A model generated the notes under the pieces. It saw only the letters and a list, made by a program, of their open reading frames with translations. It did no database searches and was not told the origin of the DNA. A program made the translations under genes and the position numbers. Shown piece after piece: positions 33,482 through 43,172 of a stretch of 64,000 nt of DNA; position 1 is the first letter of the stretch; every line of letters starts with the position of its first letter. Location of the stretch: contig DASXLB010000033.1 in NCBI GenBank assembly GCA_036496585.1, positions 1,014 to 65,013 on the forward strand, written 5' to 3'. The stretch comes from Vicinamibacterales bacterium (GTDB lineage Bacteria > Acidobacteriota > Vicinamibacteria > Vicinamibacterales > 2-12-FULL-66-21).

Positions 33482-35932
33482 ATGCTCGAACAACTCTCGC
33501 AGGACGTCCGCTATGGCTTGCGGCTGCTCGGCCGCAGCCCGCTTTTCACGATGACCGCTGTCGTCTCGCTGGCGATCGGCATCGGTGCCAACACGACAAT
33601 CTTTTCGATCGCCAGCGCGCTGCTGCTGCGGCCGCTGCCCGGCCTCGTCGAGCCGTCGCGGCTCGTCGACATCGGCCGTACCCAGGACGGGAACGGCTTC
33701 GACACCGTGTCCCACCCGAACTACCGGGACGTGCGGCAGCGCGTCACGACCGTGGCCGACGTCTACGCCTACCGGATCGAGCCGCAGCCCCTGAGCCTCG
33801 GCGGCGAGCATGAAGCGGAGCGCATCTTCGGCTTCATGGTCAGCGGCACCTATTTTCAGGCGCTGGGCACCGTCGCACTCCGCGGCCGCTTGTTGAACGA
33901 CAACGACGATCGGCCGGGCGGACCGCACGTCGTCGTGATCAGCGACGAGCTGTGGCGGCGGCGCTTCGGCGGCGCCGCCGACGCCGTTGGGCGCGTCGTG
34001 TCGATCAATGGCTTCCCCGTCACGATCGTCGGCGTGGCGCCGCCGCAGTTTCAGGGGACGACGGTGCTGCGCGCCGATGCCTGGCTGCCGCTCGCGATGT
34101 CGAGCCTCGCGGCGCCGCGCATGCCGGCGTCGCTCTTCACCTGCCGGGAGTGCGTCTGGCTCGTCATGGGCGGACGGCTGAAGCCTGGCGTGACAGTGGG
34201 CCAGGCCGACGCCGAGCTGCGCGCGATCGGCGCGGCGCTCGCCAAGGACTATCCCGACGCCAACCACGGCAAGAATCTCCGCGTCCTGAAGACGTCGGTC
34301 TTTCCGGGGGAGATCGATCTCATCTCCGGATTTCTCGCGCTGCTGCTCGGCATCGTCGGACTGGTGCTGCTCGCGGCGTGCGTCAACATCGCCGGCATGC
34401 TGCTGGCGCGGGCCGCGACGCGCCGCCGCGAAATCGCCGTCCGCCTCGCGATCGGCGCGGGCCGCGCGCGGCTGGTGCGTCAGCTCATCACCGAGACGCT
34501 CGTGCTCTTTGTCGCCGGCGGGGCGGCCGGTCTGCTGCTGACGCGGTGGCTGACGCGGCTGCTTCTGGCGGTGCTGCCGTCGCTGCCGGTGCCGATCGGC
34601 ATCGACTTCGTCGTCGACTGGCGCGTCATGGCGTTTGCGGCAGCGCTGTCGCTGACGGCGGCGATCCTGTGCGGACTCGCGCCGGCCCTGCAGACGTCGA
34701 AGGCCGAGCTGGTGTCTGCGCTCAAGGCCGATGCGGAGCACCGAGCCGAACGGCTGCGCCTGCGCAGCGTGTTCATCGTCGCGCAGGTGACGGTGTCGCT
34801 GGTTCTCGTCATTGCCGGCGCGCTGTTCGTGCGCGCGCTCGGGCATGCCGCCAGCATCGATCCGGGATTCGACACGCGGCGCGTGGACGTGGTGACGCTG
34901 GATCTGTCGCTGAGCGGCTATCAGGAGACCGAGGCGCTCGCCTTTGCGGATCGACTGCGCGAGCGCGTGCGCGCGATGCCCGGCGTCGAGCAGGCGGCGT
35001 TCGCCGCCAACCTGCCACTGAGCGGTAATCGCATGGGCCTCGGGACGCTGCGCGTGCCCGGGCTGCAGCCGCCCGGCGGCCAGCCATCGTTTCCCGCCGA
35101 CTGGAACGCCGTCTCGCCGGACTACTTCAGGACGCTGCACATGCGGCTCACGAGCGGTCGCGACTTCACGCCACTGGATCGCGCTGGCGCCCCCGGCGTC
35201 ATCATCGTCAACGAAACGATGGCGCGCAGCGTCTGGCACACGACCGACGTCCTCGGCCGGCAGTTCGAAAGCGACCTTGGCCCCAACGACACGTCGAGGA
35301 TGCTGACGGTCGTCGGTGTGGCGCCCGACGCGCAGGTCGACACGCTCGGACAGACGGCGCGGCCATTCGTCTACGTGCCCGTCGCGCAGCGCTACGTGAC
35401 CCGCCTGTCGCTGCTGGTAAAATCGTCCAACGACGGGATGATTGCGCAGGTCAGGACGATCGTTCGCGAGTTGAACGCGAATCTGCCGGTCACCAACGCG
35501 ATGCCGCTCGACCAGGTTACCGCCATCCTTCTCGTGCCACAGCGGATCGCCGGGGCGCTGGCCGCGAGCCTGGGCCTCGTGGTCCTGCTGCTGGCGGCGA
35601 TCGGCATCTACGGCGTGACCTCGTACGCCGTGAGCCGGCGGACGCGCGAGATCGGTATCCGGATGGCGCTCGGCGCCGACGGCGCCCACGTGCTGCGGAT
35701 GATCATCCGCCAGGGACTGGTGTTGACCGCGACCGGCGTCGGATTCGGGCTGGCCGCCGGGGCGGCAGCGGCACAGGTCCTGCGCAGCCTGCTGTTCGGC
35801 GTCAGCGCCCTAGACCCGATCGCGTTTGGTGGCGCGGCGCTGCTGTTCGTCGCCGTCGCGCTCGGCGCCAGCTACGTCCCCGCCCGACGCGCCTTGCGTG
35901 TCGACCCGGTCCGGGCGCTCCGCGCCGAATAA
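33482..35932 (+). CDS. ADOP-family duplicated MacB/FtsX-type permease (no adjacent PadR)
   Basis: ATG at 33482 after GGAG. The N-terminus QDVRYGLRLLGRSPLFTMTAVVSLAIGIGANT is typical. There are two periplasmic-domain plus FtsX 4-TM halves, and the C-terminus is ...PARRALRVDPVRALRAE. Confidence 0.85.
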   Translation: MLEQLSQDVRYGLRLLGRSPLFTMTAVVSLAIGIGANTTIFSIASALLLRPLPGLVEPSRLVDIGRTQDGNGFDTVSHPNYRDVRQRVTTVADVYAYRIEPQPLSLGGEHEAERIFGFMVSGTYFQALGTVALRGRLLNDNDDRPGGPHVVVISDELWRRRFGGAADAVGRVVSINGFPVTIVGVAPPQFQGTTVLRADAWLPLAMSSLAAPRMPASLFTCRECVWLVMGGRLKPGVTVGQADAELRAIGAALAKDYPDANHGKNLRVLKTSVFPGEIDLISGFLALLLGIVGLVLLAACVNIAGMLLARAATRRREIAVRLAIGAGRARLVRQLITETLVLFVAGGAAGLLLTRWLTRLLLAVLPSLPVPIGIDFVVDWRVMAFAAALSLTAAILCGLAPALQTSKAELVSALKADAEHRAERLRLRSVFIVAQVTVSLVLVIAGALFVRALGHAASIDPGFDTRRVDVVTLDLSLSGYQETEALAFADRLRERVRAMPGVEQAAFAANLPLSGNRMGLGTLRVPGLQPPGGQPSFPADWNAVSPDYFRTLHMRLTSGRDFTPLDRAGAPGVIIVNETMARSVWHTTDVLGRQFESDLGPNDTSRMLTVVGVAPDAQVDTLGQTARPFVYVPVAQRYVTRLSLLVKSSNDGMIAQVRTIVRELNANLPVTNAMPLDQVTAILLVPQRIAGALAASLGLVVLLLAAIGIYGVTSYAVSRRTREIGIRMALGADGAHVLRMIIRQGLVLTATGVGFGLAAGAAAAQVLRSLLFGVSALDPIAFGGAALLFVAVALGASYVPARRALRVDPVRALRAE

Positions 35933-35973
35933 CATCCCCACATCCCCACATTTCCACATTTCCACATTTCCAA
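35933..35973. repeat. second copy of the 8-nt repeat array (single arm)
   Basis: Immediately after the permease stop: CATCCCCA CATCCCCA CATTTCCA CATTTCCA CATTTCCA A. It has the same orientation as the right arm at 23541-23588. Confidence 0.85.
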
Positions 35974-36059
35974 ATAAACTCGGTGTATGTCAGCAATCAA
36001 CGGTGATAAGTCCAGATCGTCGATCAGCCGCAAGCGTGGCGTGGCGCGCCGCGCCAAGA

Positions 36060-36998
36060 TCAAGGCGCTGCTCGCTGGACGGAAGAGCCCGTCCAGCGCC
36101 AGTCCTGCCCCGGCGACAGCCGCGTCCCCCCGATCCCGCGCGAAGGCGCGTTGAGCGCCACGTGATCGGCGCGGCCGGCGAGCACTTGCCGGCCCGCGCC
36201 GGTGATCGTCACGGTACCGGACGCCAGTCGGGTCGGCTCGTCGCGGACGACCGTCAGCAGTGGATGCGGTCCGGCGGCCAGGCGCGTGACGATCGTCCAG
36301 AACGTCGAATCGCCCATCCAGATATCCTCTTCGAGACGCGAGGCGGCGACGAACGCCTGCTCGGGTGGACGCGGACCTTCCGACAGCACTTCGAGCAGCT
36401 GGCGCTCGCTGCGCGCGAGACCATTCGAGGCGGCGGGCAGCTCCTCCAGCAGGCGATGCATGGCGCGGGGCAGGAAGACGAGCGGACCGGCATCACGCGC
36501 GAACGGCACCCACAGCCGCGGATCGTCGCCGCAAAACGTCGTCCAGGCGGCCGCACCCGCCGCGAGGTCCTCGGGCGTGATCGGACGCCGGGACGCGAAC
36601 TTCGCCGGAAACTGCGGCGGCCTGAGCAGGCCCAGGTAGTCGGTGCCGATCACGATCGAGTAGCGCGTGCGCGGCGCCTCCGGCCGCGAGAGCCACCAGA
36701 GATGGTGGATGAGCAGCAGCTGATCGTGCAGATCGTGCTCGAACCAGAACACGACCTCGTCGTGCGAGGCGGCGGCGGCGAGCCGATCGCCTTGCTCGCG
36801 GAAATCGCGCAGCAGCTGATCTTCGCTGATGCCTCTGTCCGACGCGAGATAGGCCGCCCGGACGCGATACCAGTTCTCGCCTGCCGCCAGCACGATCGGG
36901 CCTTCGTGCAGCACGTCGTCCCACGACATGGCCGTGCCTGGGAGGCCCGATTGCTCGAGTGGCCCGCGGGTCGCTTCGCCGTTGGTGACGTGCAGCAT
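36060..36998 (-). CDS. DUF1835 domain-containing protein
   Basis: ATG at 36998. MLHVTNGEATRGPLEQSGLPG...WDDVLHEGPI and VVFWFEHDLHDQLLLIHHLWWL are typical DUF1835 patterns. Confidence 0.65.
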   Translation of the reverse strand: MLHVTNGEATRGPLEQSGLPGTAMSWDDVLHEGPIVLAAGENWYRVRAAYLASDRGISEDQLLRDFREQGDRLAAAASHDEVVFWFEHDLHDQLLLIHHLWWLSRPEAPRTRYSIVIGTDYLGLLRPPQFPAKFASRRPITPEDLAAGAAAWTTFCGDDPRLWVPFARDAGPLVFLPRAMHRLLEELPAASNGLARSERQLLEVLSEGPRPPEQAFVAASRLEEDIWMGDSTFWTIVTRLAAGPHPLLTVVRDEPTRLASGTVTITGAGRQVLAGRADHVALNAPSRGIGGTRLSPGQDWRWTGSSVQRAAP

Positions 36999-37200
36999 TG
37001 GTAGGACGTTCTCCTGGGACGCGCAGCGCCCGGAACATCGCGTCGGCCAGATCGGCTTCCGCTTCTCGTTCTCACGCCGGCCGCCGCCGGCCGCCGGTTT
37101 CGGGCCGCCGGCTCTCACACGGGCCGACTCGCATCCGCGAGCCGGCCCTTCTTGCTTGACCACGGACGCCCCGCGGTGTGCCTCTCACCGCCACGGCCCA

Positions 37201-39282
37201 CTAGCGCGTCAGCGCCGCGAGCAGCTGCGTCGCGGCGCCGCGCTCACGCGAACCTGGCACCGCGTCGCCGACCACGCGCTGGTATGCCTCGATTGCCTTA
37301 TCGCGATTGCCGCTTTCCTGATACGCAATACCCAGATTCAGCCGCGCCTCGACGAAGCGCGGCGAGCCCGCCAGGGCGCGCTCGAACCAGGCGATCGCCT
37401 GCGCCGTCTGGTGTGCCTGCACCAGCAGGACGCCCATGCCGTTGGCCGCGTCCGCGGATCGCGGGTCGAGCTCGAGCGCGTGCGTGTAGGCCTGGGTCGC
37501 GCGCGTCGCGTCGTCGGCGTCGCGGCGCGCGTTTCCGAGATTGGTCCAGAACACCGTGTTCGACGGATCCTCTTCGGTCGCCCGTTCGAAGGAGCGGACC
37601 GCCTCGTCCTTCTCCCCTTCCTGCACGAGCAGCAGGCCGAGCCCGTTCGAGGCATCGGCATTGGCCGGCTGCAGCGCCAGCGCGGCGCGCTCGGCCCGCA
37701 TCGCCTCTTGCCGCAATCCGGCGGCCTGCGCCGCAAGGGCGAGATCGTGATACATCGTGGCGTCGCCTGGCCAGCGCGACACCAGCCGCCGGTAGAGATC
37801 GACCGCCTGCGAGGCGCGGCCCGTTTCCTTCAACGCGCGGGCGTAGGTCGCCTGCAGGACCGGTGAGTCCGGATAGCCGCGCGCCAGCATCGTGAGCTCC
37901 GGCAGCGCGCCGCGCGCGTCGCCCGACGAGAGACGCCCCAGCGCCCGCTCGAACGTGTTCCACGCGGCAATGGCGTGCGCCGGGTTTGGCGCCGATTCGT
38001 CGATCGGCGCGGTGGTCCCCGATACGTATCCGAGCGCCCGCAGCCGATCGGCGGAGTCGGACGGCACCGGCGCGGCGTTCGATCGTGTCGCCCCGAGCTG
38101 CGCCAGACGCCGGCGTGCAGCGTCGGCGACGGCGAACCTGCCGCTGGCGACGTTGTGCGCTTCGCCGGGATCGGCGCTGACGTCGTAGAGCTCGGTCTCT
38201 GACGACGCGATCAGCTTCCACTGATCGAACGCCAGCGAGGTGAGCGCGTGCCATCCGGCGCTGCGCGGATAGATCGTCTCTGCGTAGGCCTCTCCGCCGT
38301 TGCCGAGGGGTCCTCTGCGCATTCCGGCCGGGACCGCCACGCCGGTGGCCTGCAGCAGGGTGCCGGCAAGGTCGGCGAGCGAGGCATTGGTGTCGATGAC
38401 GCCTCCGACCGCCAGATGGAGGGTCGCGGCGATCGGCGGCGGAGCGGCTAGCGTCAGTGGGACCCTGATCGTCGAGTCATAGGCCAGCATCCCGTGGGTG
38501 AGCTCGCCGTGATCGCCGAGCCCTTCGCCATGGTCGCCGGCCACCGCGACGACCGTCGAGGATGCCCGCCCGCTCGTGCGCAGCCAGTCGAGCAGCCGCC
38601 CGACCTGGGCGTCGGCGAACGCGACCTCGCCGTCGTAGGCGTTGCCGTGCGCCCGCGCCAGGTACTCCGGCGGCGGATCGTACGGCGCGTGCGGGTCGTA
38701 GAAATGGACCCACGCAAAGAATGGCGCCGTCGACGACTGCGCCAGCCAGGCGAGCGCCGCGTCGGCCACCCGATCGCCGCGCCGCTCCGCCTCGAGCCGC
38801 GCTTCGCCGCTCGAGCCGCGCGGAACGCGATCGTCGTAGGTGTCGAAGCCGCCCGACAGGCCGAAGCGGCGATCGAGGACGTAGGCGCCGACGAACGCGC
38901 CGGTCCGGTAGCCGGCGGCGTGGAACGCGTGCGCGAGCGTCGGCCGCAGCTTCAGGACGTCGCCGTTTAACCTGACGCCGTTCTCGGACGGCAGCGTTCC
39001 GGTCATGATGGCGGTGTGCGACGGCAGCGTCAACGGAACCGTCGTGCGCGCGTGGGTATAGCGAGTGCCGCGGGCCGCCAGTGCATCGAGATTCGCGGTC
39101 AGCCCGCGCCCAACCCGATCGGCGCGCAGCGTGTCGATGGTGATGAGCAGAACGTTTGGCTTCTCAGCTGGCGGCTGCCGCGAACCGCCGCCGCACGCAG
39201 CCAACAGGGAGAACACGACCGACAGGGGACGCTGCACCTGCCGATTATGGTCGAGACGCGCCTCCCCCGCCGAAGCCGGCAC
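37201..39282 (-). CDS. sulfatase-family enzyme fused to C-terminal TPR repeats (lipoprotein)
   Basis: Lipobox-like SLLAACGGG. Sulfatase N-terminal motif NVLLITIDTLRADRVG, plus GDHGEGLGDHGELTHG. The C-terminal half is made of TPR units (AIEAYQRVV..., NLGNARRDADDATRATQAY...). Confidence 0.8.
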   Translation of the reverse strand: MPASAGEARLDHNRQVQRPLSVVFSLLAACGGGSRQPPAEKPNVLLITIDTLRADRVGRGLTANLDALAARGTRYTHARTTVPLTLPSHTAIMTGTLPSENGVRLNGDVLKLRPTLAHAFHAAGYRTGAFVGAYVLDRRFGLSGGFDTYDDRVPRGSSGEARLEAERRGDRVADAALAWLAQSSTAPFFAWVHFYDPHAPYDPPPEYLARAHGNAYDGEVAFADAQVGRLLDWLRTSGRASSTVVAVAGDHGEGLGDHGELTHGMLAYDSTIRVPLTLAAPPPIAATLHLAVGGVIDTNASLADLAGTLLQATGVAVPAGMRRGPLGNGGEAYAETIYPRSAGWHALTSLAFDQWKLIASSETELYDVSADPGEAHNVASGRFAVADAARRRLAQLGATRSNAAPVPSDSADRLRALGYVSGTTAPIDESAPNPAHAIAAWNTFERALGRLSSGDARGALPELTMLARGYPDSPVLQATYARALKETGRASQAVDLYRRLVSRWPGDATMYHDLALAAQAAGLRQEAMRAERAALALQPANADASNGLGLLLVQEGEKDEAVRSFERATEEDPSNTVFWTNLGNARRDADDATRATQAYTHALELDPRSADAANGMGVLLVQAHQTAQAIAWFERALAGSPRFVEARLNLGIAYQESGNRDKAIEAYQRVVGDAVPGSRERGAATQLLAALTR

Positions 39283-39294
39283 CCGATACGACCG

Positions 39295-41865
39295 CTACTC
39301 CACGCGAATCGCCCTCAGCGGATCGACACGGGCAGCGCGGCGCGCCGGGACGTAGCTCGCCAGCATCGCCACGGCAAGCACGACGCCGAGGACCGTCGCG
39401 TACGAGAACGGATCCGCCGGCGATACTCCGAACAGCGCGCTGCGCGCCAGGCGCGCGACCACGATCGCGATGGCGGTGCCGGCGGCCAGCCCGGGCAGCG
39501 CCAGGCGCAGCCCGTCGCGTAAGACCATCCGCAGAATCTCGCCCGGCGCTGCGCCGAGGGCGATGCGCACGCCGATCTCGGGCACGCGCTGCGTGACGGC
39601 ATAGCTGACGACCCCGTAGATGCCAAGGAGCGCGAGCGCCAGCGCCACTCCGGCGAAGCCTTCGACGAGCGCCATCGCCAGTCGGCGCGGCGCAAGATGG
39701 TCGTCCATCAATGTGTCGAGCCACTGGACATGGTCCACCGCGACAGTCGGATCGACGGCGGTCACCGCCGCGCGGATCGCCGACACCAGGGCGCCGCGAT
39801 CGAGATCGCCGCGGACGAGGAACGACGACTCCGTCGTGTCCTGCGCCAAGGCGTTGTAGGCCTCCGGCAGCGCTTCCTGTTCGGGTCCACTGTGGCGGAC
39901 GTTGCCGATGATCCCGACGATCGTCCGCCACGCCGCCTTCGGGTTCGGCCCGAGCCGGATCCGCGCGCCGACGGCGTTTCCGTCCGCGAAGAACCTATCT
40001 GCCAGCGCTTTGTTGACGACGACAATCGGCTGCGCCGTGCTGCTGTCGGTCGCTGAAATCCAGCGTCCCTTGAGGAGCGGAATGCGCATGACCGACAGAT
40101 AGCCGGGAGTCGCCTGCCGGTAGCCGACCTCGGGCGGCTCGCCGGCGACCGGTCGATTCTCGATCGTGAGCCACGACGTCCATCCGTCGCCCGTCAGGGG
40201 TACGTTGTTGATCGCACCAGCCGCCTCCACGCCGGGCAGCGCCGTCACGCGCGTCGTGAGGTCCGCGTAGAACTGCGCCAGCGACGCGGCGGTCTGGTAG
40301 CGCGCCTGCGGCAGCCTGGGATCGATGCTTACGACATGGCCGACCGCGAAGCCCGGGTCGACCTGCAGCACGCGGCGGAAGCTTTCGAAGAGCAGCATGC
40401 CGCCGGCCACGAGCACGACGGCTGCCGTCAGCTCGGCGACGACCAGGGCGCTCCGCAGGCGGCGTCCGTGCGCCGTCGCGCCGCGGGCGCCGGCGCGGAG
40501 GTCCTGCTGCACGTCGGTGTGCGACGCCCGAAGTGCCGGCAGCAGCGTGAAGAGCAGTCCGGTGACGATCGACAGGGCCCCCGCAAATACGAGCACGGGC
40601 AGATCGACGCCGACGCGCGAGATGCGAGGCACGTAGTCGACGGCCAGCCTGGCGATCGCGCCCGTGCCCAGCCACGCGATCGACAGCCCGAGAGTGCCGC
40701 CGGCCATCGCCAGCAGGAGGCCTTCCGCCAGCAGCTGCCGCACGATGTGCGCGCGGCCGGCGCCGAGCGCCGCACGCACGGCGATCTCGCGCCGCCGCGC
40801 CGCGGCTTGCGCCAGCATCAGGTTCGCGGTGTTGACGCAGCAGATGAGCAGCACGAGCACGACCGCCGCGCCCAGATAGACGAGCGGCGGCCGGACGTCC
40901 CCGACGATCGCGTCCTGCAGGCCGACCATCGTCGTGCCCCTCTGGTCGTTGGTGGCGGGATACGCTCGTTGCGCGCCGGCGGCGACCGTCTCGAGATTCT
41001 GGCGCGCCCGCTCGAACGTCGTCGCGCCGTCGAGGCGGGCCACGACCGACAGCATGTGCAGCGAGCGATTGCTCATCAGCTCCGGTCGCTCGGCCAACGG
41101 CCGCCACACGTCGACAGAGCGGTCCGGGAACGCGAAGTCCGGAGGCATGACGCCGACGATGCGGTACGGGCTGTCGCCGACATGCACGACGCGATCGATC
41201 ACGTTGCGATCGCCGCCGAAGTGCGTCATCCAGGCCGCATGGCTGATCACGAGCACCCGTTGGGCTGGCGGCTCGTCGCCGCGCGCAAACCCGCGTCCCA
41301 GCATCGGCGGCGTGCCGAGCGTGTCGAAGAAATTCGTCGTCACCACGGCTGTCGTCGTATAGAACGACTCGCCGCCCACGTCCACCGGCCCTTGCGACGC
41401 GCGCCAGGCTGCCATCCGTTCGAAGCCGTGCGCCTGGGTCCGCCAGTCGTCGAAGTTGGCCGGGGCAACCGGGTAACGCGGCCGTCGATTGAGGCGATCG
41501 TTTTCCCAGACCATCACCAGCCGCGACGGATCGCGAAACGGCAGCGGCCGCAGCAGCACGGTCTGGATGACGCTGAACATCGCCGTGGTCGCACCAATGC
41601 CGATGGCGAGCGTCAGCACGATGGTGATGGCGTAGACCGGGCGGCGAACCAACAGCCGCAGCGCGTAGCGGAGATCCTGGCTGATCATGGCGAGACTCCA
41701 CTGTTGACGGAAGAGAAACCAGGCGTCGGGGACGGCGCCAAAGGCGCGGCGGGCAGACGGGTCGATCGCCAGTTCGGCCTCCCACTCGGCGCGGAACTCG
41801 CGGCGACGGGTGTGAGGGACGAGGCGCGACGCGAGCGCGACGAGCTGGCGCGGCAGATCACGCAT
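39295..41865 (-). CDS. ADOP-family duplicated MacB/FtsX-type permease
   Basis: 856 aa. QDLRYALRLLVRRPVYAITIVLTLAIGIGATT, a duplicated FtsX module, and C-terminus PARRAARVDPLRAIRVE. The start overlaps the PadR stop by 8 nt. Confidence 0.85.
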   Translation of the reverse strand: MRDLPRQLVALASRLVPHTRRREFRAEWEAELAIDPSARRAFGAVPDAWFLFRQQWSLAMISQDLRYALRLLVRRPVYAITIVLTLAIGIGATTAMFSVIQTVLLRPLPFRDPSRLVMVWENDRLNRRPRYPVAPANFDDWRTQAHGFERMAAWRASQGPVDVGGESFYTTTAVVTTNFFDTLGTPPMLGRGFARGDEPPAQRVLVISHAAWMTHFGGDRNVIDRVVHVGDSPYRIVGVMPPDFAFPDRSVDVWRPLAERPELMSNRSLHMLSVVARLDGATTFERARQNLETVAAGAQRAYPATNDQRGTTMVGLQDAIVGDVRPPLVYLGAAVVLVLLICCVNTANLMLAQAAARRREIAVRAALGAGRAHIVRQLLAEGLLLAMAGGTLGLSIAWLGTGAIARLAVDYVPRISRVGVDLPVLVFAGALSIVTGLLFTLLPALRASHTDVQQDLRAGARGATAHGRRLRSALVVAELTAAVVLVAGGMLLFESFRRVLQVDPGFAVGHVVSIDPRLPQARYQTAASLAQFYADLTTRVTALPGVEAAGAINNVPLTGDGWTSWLTIENRPVAGEPPEVGYRQATPGYLSVMRIPLLKGRWISATDSSTAQPIVVVNKALADRFFADGNAVGARIRLGPNPKAAWRTIVGIIGNVRHSGPEQEALPEAYNALAQDTTESSFLVRGDLDRGALVSAIRAAVTAVDPTVAVDHVQWLDTLMDDHLAPRRLAMALVEGFAGVALALALLGIYGVVSYAVTQRVPEIGVRIALGAAPGEILRMVLRDGLRLALPGLAAGTAIAIVVARLARSALFGVSPADPFSYATVLGVVLAVAMLASYVPARRAARVDPLRAIRVE

Positions 41866-42160
41866 GGCGGGTCCGGGAGTTGAGACGACCGAGGTTTTCG
41901 AAGCGTTTGAGAGCGGTGCTCAGCCCCTCGCTGCCAGCCCTGGTGATCTCGTAGTAACGGCGCGCCGGCCGCTGCTCGCGGCGGGCGATCTTCTCGCTCT
42001 CCCAGCTCGATCGGACGAACCCGAGCAGCTCGAGGCGTCGGAGCGCCGGGTAAACCGTGCCGGTCTGGAGGCCCGTGCGATCGGCGATGTCGAAGCCGTA
42101 GCGGCCGCCGTCGGCGATGGCCTGGAGGACGAGCGTGGTCGGGAACGTGATGTAGCGCAT
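41858..42160 (-). CDS. PadR-family transcriptional regulator
   Basis: 100 aa. VLQAIADGGRYGFDIADRTGLQTGTVYPALRRLELLGFV...RRYYEITRAGSE. Confidence 0.9.
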   Translation of the reverse strand: MRYITFPTTLVLQAIADGGRYGFDIADRTGLQTGTVYPALRRLELLGFVRSSWESEKIARREQRPARRYYEITRAGSEGLSTALKRFENLGRLNSRTRHA

Positions 42161-42288
42161 CAGGCAGGAATCTATATATCGTAAATTCTACATAGGTGCA
42201 ACCGGATCGCCGGCGCGCGTCACAGCATCCGTCCCAGGACAGTGGAACGTGCCGTCGGAGCGAACCCGAAAACGCGTAGCATGAGCGC

Positions 42289-43131
42289 ATGCGACACGCA
42301 TACGTGCTGGCGGCAGCCGCGGCGCTGCTGCAGGCCACGACGGTCGGCGGCCAGGCGCCGGCGGCGACCCGCCTGGAGCCGGCGAGCGTCAGCGTCCGCC
42401 AGCTCACTTATGCCCAGCCTGACGGCTCGCGCAATAGCGCCACGCTCGTGACGCCCGCCGCTGCGCCAGCCGGCGTGCGCCCGGCGATCCTGTTCCTGCA
42501 CTGGTACGAGCCGCCACGGCCGACATCCAACCGAACGGAGTTCTTGGCGGAAGCTGTCGACCTCGCCGGGTCTGGCGTCGTCTCGCTGCTCATCGATACA
42601 CCATGGGCCCGGGAAGGCTGGTTCCAGACGCGTGACGCGGCCCGCGACTACGACTTCACCCTGGCGATGGCAGCCAACGTCCGCCGCGCCCTCGACGTGC
42701 TGCTCGCTCAGCCGAAGATCGACCCCGCCCGCGTGGCCATCGTCGGACACGACTTCGGCGCGATGTGGGGCTCGCTGGCGGCTGCCGACGACGCGCGCGT
42801 CACGCATCTGGTCTTCATGGCCGGCTCCCCCTCGTTCTCGACGTGGTATCTGTTCACGCCGAAGCGCGAGGGTGCGGAGAAAGACGCGTTCGTCGCCAGG
42901 CTGGCGCCCCTCGACCCGGCCAGGTCGATCGCCAGGTTCGCGCCGCGGCCGGTGCTCCTCCAGTTCGGTACCAACGACAAGTTCATCAAGAACGAGGATG
43001 CACGAGCGATGGCCGATGCGCTTTCCGGACCGAAGACGTTCAAGACCTACGACTTCGAACACGAACTCACCTTCCAGGCCCGCGTCGACCGCCTCGCGTG
43101 GCTCCGCGAACAGTTCAGCCTGGCGCGCTGA
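42289..43131 (+). CDS. secreted alpha/beta-fold hydrolase
   Basis: Signal peptide MRHAYVLAAAAALLQATTVGGQ. The nucleophile elbow reads VAIVGHDFGAMWG, which is Asp-type as in epoxide hydrolase and dehalogenase folds. Confidence 0.6.
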   Translation: MRHAYVLAAAAALLQATTVGGQAPAATRLEPASVSVRQLTYAQPDGSRNSATLVTPAAAPAGVRPAILFLHWYEPPRPTSNRTEFLAEAVDLAGSGVVSLLIDTPWAREGWFQTRDAARDYDFTLAMAANVRRALDVLLAQPKIDPARVAIVGHDFGAMWGSLAAADDARVTHLVFMAGSPSFSTWYLFTPKREGAEKDAFVARLAPLDPARSIARFAPRPVLLQFGTNDKFIKNEDARAMADALSGPKTFKTYDFEHELTFQARVDRLAWLREQFSLAR

Positions 43132-43172
43132 CACGCGCCCGGGGCCGGCGCGAGCCGGACTAGAATTCCTAC

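Noticed and set aside
31496-35689. 1397-aa ORF on the minus strand, the second longest in the track
   Set aside because: Its translation is R/G/A/P/D-rich low complexity with no motifs. It spans parts of two well-supported genes on different strands (copA in another frame on the same strand, and the ADOP permease antisense). This is a typical stop-poor shadow frame in high-GC DNA.
35802-36063. Small ORFs translating the octamer repeats (e.g. ...WKCGNVEMW...), as well as the N-terminal extensions of 23017..23580 and 23277..24542
   Set aside because: The peptide repeats (CGNVEMWK, HISTFPHF) are simply the 8-nt repeat read in frame. The flanking genes have plausible starts exactly at the repeat borders.
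35987-36154. 55-codon basic ORF (MSAINGDKSRSSISRKRGVARRAKIKALLAGRK...) starting in the AT-rich intergenic segment
   Set aside because: It has no Shine-Dalgarno sequence, it overlaps the 3' end of the DUF1835 gene antisense, and it is below the track threshold. The evidence is insufficient, so I only note it.
37121-37148. Hairpin GGGCCGaCTCGC-atcc-GCGAGcCGGCCC between the sulfatase-TPR gene end and the DUF1835 gene start
   Set aside because: On the minus strand, which is the relevant one, there is no U-tract. The T-rich run is on the plus strand, where no gene ends. It may be an intrinsic terminator variant, but it is not supportable.
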